64,000 nt of DNA from an uncultured Stakelama sp. (lineage in GTDB: Bacteria > Pseudomonadota > Alphaproteobacteria > Sphingomonadales > Sphingomonadaceae), in the NCBI GenBank assembly GCA_964419295.1, contig CAYQPM010000001.1, positions 8,550-72,549 on the forward strand, read 5' to 3'. Under the pieces are notes generated by a model. That model saw nothing but the letters and a program-made list of their open reading frames with translations, had not been told where the DNA came from and made no database searches. Positions 10,059 through 17,982 of this stretch are shown piece by piece. Both the position numbers and the translations under genes were made by a program. Each line of letters opens with the position of its first letter. The stretch's first letter is position 1.

Positions 10059-10808
10059 TCAATCGCCGCCGCCGATGTCACTCGCGGCATCCTCGCCGGG
10101 GATCACCCGCGCCCAGCACAGGATGGTGACCGACGCGGCGCCGGCGGTGAGCAGCGCCCGCGTGCACGCCTCGGCGGTCGCGCCGCTGGTGAAGACGTCA
10201 TCGACCAGGCCGACGGCCCGCCCTTGCACGCGCGCGCGGTCCGGCACTGCGAAGGCGCCAGCAACCGCCTGCCGCCGCTGCCGCTTGTCCATCGCACGCA
10301 GCACCTGCGTCTGACGGTGGCGTGTCATGGCAAACGGGTCGTGCGGGACCGCCGTGTGCCGGTGGAGCGCCGCCGCGATCAGCCCGGCCTGGTTGTAACC
10401 GCGCGTCCACAGCCGCCACCGGTGCAGCGGCACCGGTACGAGCAGATCCAGCCTCTGGGGCATGGCAGCGACGATCCGCCGCGCCATGGTGTCCGCCACG
10501 CCTATCCGTCGCCCGTATTTCAGCTTCAACGCCAGCCGCCGGGCGACCGGCCCATAAGCGACCGCCGCGCGCACGCCCGCATGCCGGGGCGGATCCGCGT
10601 GGCACGCGGCACATAACGCCCCCTCACCCCGATCGAAATCGAACGGCAGGTTGCACGCCGCGCACCATGGCGGGGTCAGCAGATGCAGGCCGCTCCAGCA
10701 CGGTGCGCAGAACAGATGATCGTCGTGCACCGGCGTACCGCAGCCGGGACAGCGCGGCGGCAGGGCGAGCCGGACGATGGCCGCACCGGCCCGCGCGACC
10801 GCATGCAC
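10059..10808 (-). CDS. comF: ComF family protein (double zinc ribbon + phosphoribosyltransferase)
   Basis: CPGC/CAPC/CAAC/CAAC ribbons, VPVPLH..RGYNQA, LVDDVFTSGAT; start position approximate. Confidence 0.9.
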   Translation of the reverse strand: MHAVARAGAAIVRLALPPRCPGCGTPVHDDHLFCAPCWSGLHLLTPPWCAACNLPFDFDRGEGALCAACHADPPRHAGVRAAVAYGPVARRLALKLKYGRRIGVADTMARRIVAAMPQRLDLLVPVPLHRWRLWTRGYNQAGLIAAALHRHTAVPHDPFAMTRHRQTQVLRAMDKRQRRQAVAGAFAVPDRARVQGRAVGLVDDVFTSGATAEACTRALLTAGAASVTILCWARVIPGEDAASDIGGGD

Positions 10809-10889
10809 ACGGCCTCGTCCCGTTCCGCTGGTGCCGACCGACCGCATCCCTGCTTGTCGCGCGTTGCCGCAGCGGGCACAAGCAGCGGC

Positions 10890-11729
10890 GTGAGCGCCAC
10901 CGAGATCTTCGACCGTCACGCCCGCCGCCGTCGTCGCGATCGCGCCGCCGCGGGCGACTATGCCGCCCATGCCTTCCTGCGCGATGTCATGGTCGACGGC
11001 CTGCTGGAGCGGATGGATGCCGTGAAACGCGACTTCGCCGACGTGTTGGATATCGGCACGCCCGATCGCGGGATCATCGTGCCCGGTGCGCGGATCGCCC
11101 GCGTCGATCCCGGCTTCGGCTTTGCCGCACGCGTCGGCGGCGTGCAGGCGGACGAGGATCGGCTGCCGTTCGCCGACGCCAGCTTCGATGCGGTGCTCAG
11201 CGCCGGCGTGCTCGATCAGGTCGGGGACCTGCCGGGTGCGTTGACCTTGATCCGAAGGACATTGCGTCCGGACGGCGTGTTCCTGGCAGCCTTCCTCGGC
11301 GGGGGCAGCCTGCCCGCGCTCCGGGCCGCCCTGCGCGTGGCGGAGGGCGATCGCCCCGCGGCGCGGCTGCATCCACAGATCGACGTCCGCTCGGCGGGCG
11401 ATCTGCTCGTGCGCGCCGGCTTCGCATTGCCGGTCGCCGATGTGGAGACGTTCGACGTCCGTTATGCGAGCTTCGGACGCCTGCTCGACGACCTGCGGGG
11501 CATGGCGGCCAGCAACATCCTTACCACCCGGTCGTCGATGTCGCGCACGACGCTGGCCGGCGCCGCGGCGGCCTTTGCCGCAGCGGCGGATGCCGACGGT
11601 CGGACGACCGAACGCTTTGCGATCGTGTATCTGACGGGCTGGTCGCCCGATCCCTCGCAACCCAAGCCGGCCCGCCGGGGCAGCGCAACCATGTCGCTCG
11701 CCGCGGCCCTCAAACCACCCGGATCCTGA
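10890..11729 (+). CDS. SAM-dependent methyltransferase (BioC-like)
   Basis: EIFDR, VLDIG, ADEDRLPFADASFD, AGFALPVAD; divergent from comF as is common in alphaproteobacteria. Confidence 0.85.
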   Translation: MSATEIFDRHARRRRRDRAAAGDYAAHAFLRDVMVDGLLERMDAVKRDFADVLDIGTPDRGIIVPGARIARVDPGFGFAARVGGVQADEDRLPFADASFDAVLSAGVLDQVGDLPGALTLIRRTLRPDGVFLAAFLGGGSLPALRAALRVAEGDRPAARLHPQIDVRSAGDLLVRAGFALPVADVETFDVRYASFGRLLDDLRGMAASNILTTRSSMSRTTLAGAAAAFAAAADADGRTTERFAIVYLTGWSPDPSQPKPARRGSATMSLAAALKPPGS

Positions 11730-11744
11730 GACCCGGCGACGGGG

Positions 11745-12134
11745 TCACATGATCATGCCGCCATCGGCGTCGCGCGCCAGGATACGCCCCATCGCCTCGA
11801 ACAAGGCGTCCATCGCCACGGGCTTGAACAAGACCTCGTCGGCCCCCGCCGCGATGCAACGCTCGCGCAGGTCCTGGGCCGTGTCCGCCGTGATGACGAT
11901 GATCGGCACGCTCGCCTTGTCGTCGCCGCGTGCGCGGATGTGGCGAATGGCGGTGATACCGTCCATGCCGGGCATGCGCAGATCGACGAGCAGCATGTCG
12001 AACGTCTGCGTATCCAACGCCGCCAAACCGGCTTCGGCGCTTTCGGCTTCGATCATATTGGCGCCGGCGACGTCGAGCATATCGCGGACGACACGCCGGT
12101 TCATGCGGTCGTCCTCGATGAACAATATGTTCAT
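11745..12134 (-). CDS. Single-domain response regulator (CheY-like)
   Basis: ILFIEDD, LVDLRMPGMDG (phospho-acceptor Asp), VITAD, FKP. Confidence 0.93.
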   Translation of the reverse strand: MNILFIEDDRMNRRVVRDMLDVAGANMIEAESAEAGLAALDTQTFDMLLVDLRMPGMDGITAIRHIRARGDDKASVPIIVITADTAQDLRERCIAAGADEVLFKPVAMDALFEAMGRILARDADGGMIM

Positions 12135-12192
12135 CGCCTGGGCAGCTGCGCGCTAGGCGGTTTGTGCGAAAGCATGAACCGGCGTCTACGCC

Positions 12193-14631
12193 TTAAGCGG
12201 CCTGTGACACAAGCGCCACATCGCCGGATGCGACGATCGCATCCGCCAAAGCTGCACCGGCAACCGGCTTGATAACATGTACGATTTGTCCGTAGTGGAC
12301 GATCCGTAACCGCTCTGCGGCGAGGGTCGCGGGCCACAACATCGTGATGCGCGCGCATGGAGCGCTCGCGATCAGTCGCTCGGTCGCGGCGAGGGTGTCG
12401 CCGCCGATGGTCAGGGTCGTGGCATCCACCAGAACCCGCTCCACCCGCTCGCGTTGCAGAAACGACACGCCTTCGTCCAGCGACGCTGCAGTGGCGATCT
12501 CCCCCATGTGCGGCATCATCAGCGTCTTCAGCATCGCACGGGTGATGGGGTTGCGATCTATCACGAGCAAGTCGGACACCGGACGACAGCCGTGGCCATC
12601 GTCGAGCGCAACAGCGGCGACCAGCGGCAAATCGACGATGAAGCGCGCGCCTGCACCAGCCTCGCTCTCGACGCGCACATCACCGCCCATCGCGCGCGCC
12701 AGATTGCGGCAGATGGCAAGGCCCAGCCCGGTGCCTCCGAACTGCCGCGTCGTGCTGGTGTCTGCTTGACGAAAGGATTCGAAGATTTCCTCGCGTTTGT
12801 CTGCGGGGATGCCAACTCCGGTGTCGGCGACAATGATGCTCAAGCGATCGTCGCCGCCGGAAGCCACCCGCAGCGATACGCTGCCGGTGCCGGTGAACTT
12901 CAGCGCATTCGACATCAGGTTGAACACGATCTGGCGGATCCGCGCCGCATCTCCGACGATCGGCCCAGGACATTCGTCCAGCTCGCGACGGAAGGTCAGA
13001 CCCTTGGCTTCGGCCTGATCCTCCCACAGGCGCAGCGATCCGCTCAACAGCGCGCGCAGATCGAACGGCGCTTCTTCGATGACGAGGTTGCCCGTCTCCA
13101 TCTTCGCGACGTCTAGAATGTCGTCGACCAGGGATCGCATCGTCACCCCGGCGCTGTGCACCACCGTCAGCCGGTCGCGTGTCGCTTCCGGTATGTTGCC
13201 GTCCGCCAGCATCACCTCGGTCATTCCCAGGATACCGTTCAGCGGCGTGCGTATCTCATGGCTCGTCGTTGCCAGAAATTCCGTCTTGGCGGCCAACGCT
13301 TTGCTCAATGCCGAATTGGTGACCGCCAGGCCGGCGTTCGCATCCCGGACCTGGTTGCGGCTGCGGCGGAGCGTCAGCAAGCCAAAGCCCAGCATCGCGA
13401 CGACCAGCGCCGTCGCCGCTGCGATGCCGAAAAACATGTTGCGCTGCGTCCGCGTCCGCGCCTGTTCGAAGGCGACGTTGCGACGCGCCTCGTCACGTTG
13501 CAGGTTGGCGATCTTCAGCTCCTGGTTGGCGAAGTCGAACCGCGCCGCCATCAACGCCGCATTGGTCGATCGCGCCAGCGTCGTCGCCTCGTCGTCAAGC
13601 CTTTTCAGCGCCACCAGATGTTGAAGCGCCATGTCGTGCTTGCCGGTCGCGCCATAAACGACATAGGCGGTGCGGTGAGCCTCGCGGTCGGCCAACGTCG
13701 TGGTGTCGAGATCCTCACCCTGAAACCGCTCGCCGATCAACCGGCTCGCAAGCGGCAGGTCGCCACGCTGGAACGCCGCCTGCGCGCTCAGGCCGATCAG
13801 CATTTTGCGGTAACCCGCCCCCTCGCCTCGCCGCGAAAGCCGAAGCCCTTCGTCGATCGCGCGCTGCGCGCCTGCGACGTCCCTGGTCGACAGGCGTGTC
13901 TCGGCTATGTTGCCGAGTACCAGCACGCGCAGCATCGGGCTCTTCATCTGCTCGGTCAGCGTCAACGCCTTCGCGAACTGCGCCTCCGCCTCGGGATAGC
14001 GTTCAAGCGATTTCAACGCACTCGCCCGATTGTTGTACAGCGTCAGCGCGAGCAGCGGGTCGGCATGGTACAGCGCCAGCGCCTGATCGAAATACTTCAG
14101 GGCATTCCTGAAGTCGTTGCCCCCGCGGTACAGCGAACCGATCGACTGGAGCGCTTTCGACTGGCTGCGGACTTCGCCCAGCGCCTGAAAGATGTCATGG
14201 GCCCGGGTATAGTCGGCCAGCGCATCGGCGACGTCGCCCTGCGCGACGTTGATCCAGCCGCTGTTCAGCAGCGCGTCACCCTGCAGCCGCGATCCAGGCG
14301 CATACCGCTGGGTCAACGCCAGCGCCTGTGCAATCAACGGTTTGGCGCTCTGCAAGTCGTTGAGCCGCGAATAGGCCTCGCTGCGCAACCATTTCGCGGT
14401 CGCCTGCATGATCGACCGTCGGACCGATGCGGGCTGACGACCGGCGAAATGCTCCGCATCCAGCGTCTTCTGAAGCGTGCCATGCGGATCGGTGAGCATT
14501 GCCGCCTTTGCGTCCGCCACCATCGCGTCGAAGCGGTCGGACGCCGCTGCCGTCACGGTAGCGGCCGGCGCCGCCCCCGCTCCTCCGGCCATCAACAATG
14601 CGGCAAGCAGCGCGCAAACGACACCGCGCAT
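12193..14631 (-). CDS. Hybrid sensor histidine kinase with periplasmic TPR array and degenerate C-terminal receiver
   Basis: Signal-like N-terminus, about 6 TPR-like repeats, TM segment (FFGIAAATALVVAMLGFGLL), H-box SHEIRTPLNG, N-box NLMSNALKFT, G boxes DTGVGI and GGTGLGL; start reassigned to 14631. Confidence 0.92.
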   Translation of the reverse strand: MRGVVCALLAALLMAGGAGAAPAATVTAAASDRFDAMVADAKAAMLTDPHGTLQKTLDAEHFAGRQPASVRRSIMQATAKWLRSEAYSRLNDLQSAKPLIAQALALTQRYAPGSRLQGDALLNSGWINVAQGDVADALADYTRAHDIFQALGEVRSQSKALQSIGSLYRGGNDFRNALKYFDQALALYHADPLLALTLYNNRASALKSLERYPEAEAQFAKALTLTEQMKSPMLRVLVLGNIAETRLSTRDVAGAQRAIDEGLRLSRRGEGAGYRKMLIGLSAQAAFQRGDLPLASRLIGERFQGEDLDTTTLADREAHRTAYVVYGATGKHDMALQHLVALKRLDDEATTLARSTNAALMAARFDFANQELKIANLQRDEARRNVAFEQARTRTQRNMFFGIAAATALVVAMLGFGLLTLRRSRNQVRDANAGLAVTNSALSKALAAKTEFLATTSHEIRTPLNGILGMTEVMLADGNIPEATRDRLTVVHSAGVTMRSLVDDILDVAKMETGNLVIEEAPFDLRALLSGSLRLWEDQAEAKGLTFRRELDECPGPIVGDAARIRQIVFNLMSNALKFTGTGSVSLRVASGGDDRLSIIVADTGVGIPADKREEIFESFRQADTSTTRQFGGTGLGLAICRNLARAMGGDVRVESEAGAGARFIVDLPLVAAVALDDGHGCRPVSDLLVIDRNPITRAMLKTLMMPHMGEIATAASLDEGVSFLQRERVERVLVDATTLTIGGDTLAATERLIASAPCARITMLWPATLAAERLRIVHYGQIVHVIKPVAGAALADAIVASGDVALVSQAA

Positions 14632-14636
14632 CACGG

Positions 14637-15950
14637 TCACGCCTGCCGCCGCACCGCAGCCAGCCCGCTGAAGGCAGCGAGTGGGTCGGGTCCGGGAATG
14701 CGGTGCCGCCCCTCGTCTAGATACTGAACGAAGGATTCGAGCACGACCGGTCGACTGATCAGGAACCCCTGCACCATGTCGCAGCCCATGACGGTCAACA
14801 GCGCCAGCGCGGCATGCGTCTCGACGCCCTCGGCGACCACCTCCATCTCCAGCGCATGGGCGAGATCGATCGTGGATCGGACGATCAGCGGATCGCGATT
14901 GGAACTCGTCAGCTGCGTGACGAACAGCTTGTCGATCTTCAGCTCGCGCGCGGGCAGTTGCTTCAGATAGGCGAGCGACGAGAGTCCGGCGCCATAATCG
15001 TCGATGGCGATGGTGATCCCGAAATCGGCAAAGATCTGCAGATTGGCGATGGCGCTGGCCGGGTCGCGAATGACCGAGGTTTCGGTGATTTCGAAGCCCA
15101 GCTTCGCATCGCTGCCGCCGACCAGGTCGCACGCTTCGCGGACGAAAGCCGTGTCGGCGAGCAATTGCCCGGCGATGTTGATGAACAGCCGCATATCGTG
15201 ACCGCGCGCCGCAAGATCGCGCTGATCGGCGATCGCCCGCCGGATCGTCCACAGCGTCATGCGATCGATCAGCTGGCATTCTTCCGCCACCGGGATGAAG
15301 TCGTTGGGCATGATCAACCCGCGGGTCGGATGACGCCAGCGGACCAGAGCCTCTGCGCTCGTGATCTCCTGCCGACGGACATGAACCTTCGGCTGGTAGT
15401 GTAGCACCAGCTCGTCATTATCGATTGCAGCGTCGAGCTCGCGTGCCAGGCGCAGCGTGTCGCCGTGATTGCGCGGCGCTACCGCATGGGTGATCGCGCG
15501 ATAGGCGGTGCGCGCTTCGGCGAGCGCCGCCTCCGCCTGTTCGACCAATGCGACATCGTCCACGTTCGCGGAAGGTGCACTCGCGCCACCGAAGGTCAGG
15601 GTCAAAGTGACCGCCTGATCGTCCAGTACGAGGGGACGACCGAACGCCTCCTCGATCCGGGCGACCCGATGATCGATGTCAGCGGCCATATTGTCACGGA
15701 AGCAGCAGGAGATCTGGGTTCGGCCGATAACGGCAATGCTGGCGAGCGGCATCGCTCTCGCGACTCGGTCGGCAGCGAGCCCCGCCAGCAGGTCCGAACG
15801 AACACAGCCCAGCAGCCGGCGCAGCTCCGTGAAATTGGCGATTTCGATGAGGAGATGGAAGCGGTGCGCCATCATCATCGTATCAGCGGTGCCGCCCGAA
15901 GCGGTCACAGCCTGCTTTTCCGCGGTTTCCTGACGTGGGGCATGGTGCAT
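14637..15950 (-). CDS. EAL-domain c-di-GMP phosphodiesterase with degenerate GGDEF domain
   Basis: HYQPK, AEALVRW, EITET, DDYGAGLSSL, ELKIDK, VAEGVE, QGF; the GGDEF motif is absent; start approximate. Confidence 0.92.
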   Translation of the reverse strand: MHHAPRQETAEKQAVTASGGTADTMMMAHRFHLLIEIANFTELRRLLGCVRSDLLAGLAADRVARAMPLASIAVIGRTQISCCFRDNMAADIDHRVARIEEAFGRPLVLDDQAVTLTLTFGGASAPSANVDDVALVEQAEAALAEARTAYRAITHAVAPRNHGDTLRLARELDAAIDNDELVLHYQPKVHVRRQEITSAEALVRWRHPTRGLIMPNDFIPVAEECQLIDRMTLWTIRRAIADQRDLAARGHDMRLFINIAGQLLADTAFVREACDLVGGSDAKLGFEITETSVIRDPASAIANLQIFADFGITIAIDDYGAGLSSLAYLKQLPARELKIDKLFVTQLTSSNRDPLIVRSTIDLAHALEMEVVAEGVETHAALALLTVMGCDMVQGFLISRPVVLESFVQYLDEGRHRIPGPDPLAAFSGLAAVRRQA

Positions 15951-16036
15951 CACCCGACCGGACTACGCGTCAGGATTGAAGATAGGATTAATCCGAATTC
16001 ACTGTCGGCTCACCTGCACATCCCATTGAGACGAGC

Positions 16037-16051
16037 TTAACTTCCTGTTAA
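16037..16051. promoter_or_regulatory. CtrA-binding box
   Basis: TTAA-CTTCCTG-TTAA is a perfect TTAA-N7-TTAA; a one-mismatch copy TGAA-N7-TTAA lies at 15977-15991. Confidence 0.7.
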
Positions 16052-16094
16052 GGTTACCTCGCATCCTCGAGATGCCACGATAAGGGAGATTAGC

Positions 16095-16154
16095 ATGTTG
16101 AAGTTGATCGCAGCGTTCTTCTCGGCCGTCACGGTTGATATCCAGCCCTGGTAA
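16095..16154 (+). CDS. Putative 19-aa secreted signalling pre-peptide MLKLIAAFFSAVTVDIQPW
   Basis: AAGGGAGA RBS at 16082-16089, ATG...TAA, basic-hydrophobic-polar layout, long hairpin 9 nt after the stop; below the ORF-track length cut-off. Confidence 0.7.
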   Translation: MLKLIAAFFSAVTVDIQPW

Positions 16155-16163
16155 TGCCGTTGC

Positions 16164-16224
16164 GTCGGCTCCGACCATGCAGCGCGGCTCTCACAGAGCC
16201 CGCGGTGCGAGGGTCGGGGCCGAC
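16164..16224 (+). terminator. Long GC-rich hairpin closing the small-peptide transcript
   Basis: GTCGGCTCCGACC pairs with GGTCGGGGCCGAC and an inner GCGCGGCTC/GAGCCCGCG stem is present; followed by ATTT. Confidence 0.6.
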
Positions 16225-16449
16225 ATTTAGACAGTGCAACCCGGTATCGCCCTTATGAGCGGACGAGCCTTTCGTTCCGCAAACTCCTGGATGTCCCCAG
16301 TAGCGACTGCACCGGACCTATAATATCAGGGCTGCTTGAGACGAAGCGGACTGCGCCGTGGACGGCGTCAACCTCCGTATTTTTGCACGTCAAAGTCCGG
16401 TTCCAACCAGACCGACACGTGAAGCCTCATCGCCCCCGCCAGTTCCGCG

Positions 16450-17925
16450 TCAGGCAGCGATTCGCCCCGACCGCCGCGCAGGATTGCTGAACACCATATC
16501 GTCGTCCACTGATCCAAGCCGCAATGCGAGCACATCCAGGGCATAGTTCTGGTTCAGCTTCCAGGGCTTGCGCGCGCCCTGCTTGGGCAGCTTGTGCTCG
16601 GCACGCTGGATGTAGCCGGACGTGAAATCGACGAAAGGTTCGGTCGCCATGCTTGCGTCGCTGTTATGCGGCGTCACCTGGCGCATCCCTCGCTTCTTCA
16701 TCGTGTTCAGCAGGCGGCAGACATAGGTCGCCACCAGATCGGCCTTTAGCGTCCAGGACGCATTGGTGTAGCCGAACGTATAGGCTAGGTTCGGCACGTC
16801 CGAAAACATCATCCCCTTGTATTGCAGCGCCTTGCTCAGATCGATCGCTGCTCCATCCTGGCTGAAGCGCACGTCGCTGAGCAACTGCAATTCCAGACCC
16901 GTCGCCGTGACGATGATGTCGGCGGGCAGTTCGTCGCCCGAATGCAGACGGATGCCGCTTTCGGTGAAGCCCTGGATCGTCCCGGTCGCGACTGCGGCGT
17001 TCCCCGCCTTGATGCTCGTGAACAGATCCGCGTCCGGCACTAGGCATAACCGCTGGTCCCAGGGATTGTAGCGCGGCGTGAAATGCGTATCGACGTCATA
17101 GTCGGGGCCGAGATGCTCCCGCACCATCCCGATCAGCCGCGCCTTGAACTTCTCCGGCTGCTTCTTGGCGATCCGATAGAAGAACATGCTCATCAGCACG
17201 TTCTTCCAGCGCGTGACGCCATAGGCAGTCTTGGCAGGCAGCTTCCCACGCAGCCAGTTCGCGAACTTGTCCTCGGCCGGCCGCGACACGACGTAGGTCG
17301 GCGACCGTTGCAGCATCGTCACATGCGCGGCGGTTTTCGCCATCTCGGGCACGAGCGTCACCGCGGTCGCGCCGCTGCCGATCACGACGACGCGCTTGCC
17401 CGCATAATCCAGATCCTCCGGCCAGAGCTGGGGGTGGACGATGCGCCCGCCGAACGCCTCCGCGCCGGCGAATTCCGGCGTGTAGCCCTTGGCGTAATTG
17501 TAATAGCCCGAACACATGCACAGGAAATTGCAGGTGAAGGTCAGCGGCTGGCCCTCCGGCCCTGTCGCCGCCACCGTCCAGCGCGCCTCCTCGCTGGACC
17601 AGGACGCCTCCGTCACGTGGTGACGGAAGCGAATGTGCCGATCGATCCCATAGGCCTTCGCCGTCTCTTCGACATAGGAGCGGATGGACGAGCCATCCGC
17701 GATCGACTTGGCGTTGGTCCAGGGATGGAACGAGAAGCCGAGCGTGTGCATGTCACTGTCGGAACGGATACCCGGATACCGAAACAGGTCCCAGGTCCCA
17801 CCCAGCGCAGCCCGCCCCTCCAGGATCACATAGCTACGGTCGGGGCATTTGTTTTGCAGGTGATAGCCCTGCCCGACACCGGAAATCCCGGCCCCAACCA
17901 CGACCACGTCGAAATGCTCGGCCAT
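16450..17925 (-). CDS. FAD-containing Baeyer-Villiger-type monooxygenase (EthA-like)
   Basis: GAGISG, GGTWDLFRYPGIRSDSD, FGGRIVHPQLWP, GSGATAVT, PRYNPWDQRLC. Confidence 0.9.
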   Translation of the reverse strand: MAEHFDVVVVGAGISGVGQGYHLQNKCPDRSYVILEGRAALGGTWDLFRYPGIRSDSDMHTLGFSFHPWTNAKSIADGSSIRSYVEETAKAYGIDRHIRFRHHVTEASWSSEEARWTVAATGPEGQPLTFTCNFLCMCSGYYNYAKGYTPEFAGAEAFGGRIVHPQLWPEDLDYAGKRVVVIGSGATAVTLVPEMAKTAAHVTMLQRSPTYVVSRPAEDKFANWLRGKLPAKTAYGVTRWKNVLMSMFFYRIAKKQPEKFKARLIGMVREHLGPDYDVDTHFTPRYNPWDQRLCLVPDADLFTSIKAGNAAVATGTIQGFTESGIRLHSGDELPADIIVTATGLELQLLSDVRFSQDGAAIDLSKALQYKGMMFSDVPNLAYTFGYTNASWTLKADLVATYVCRLLNTMKKRGMRQVTPHNSDASMATEPFVDFTSGYIQRAEHKLPKQGARKPWKLNQNYALDVLALRLGSVDDDMVFSNPARRSGRIAA

Positions 17926-17982
17926 CGGCCTCTCCACCATACCGCTTATTCGGTTTCGTGGAGAGACCTACAATAATCGCCC

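Noticed and set aside
14632..15279. N-terminal 216-aa extension of the kinase in the ORF track (12193..15279)
   Set aside because: It overlaps the EAL gene in another frame and reads as Arg-rich nonsense; the signal peptide begins at about 14631.
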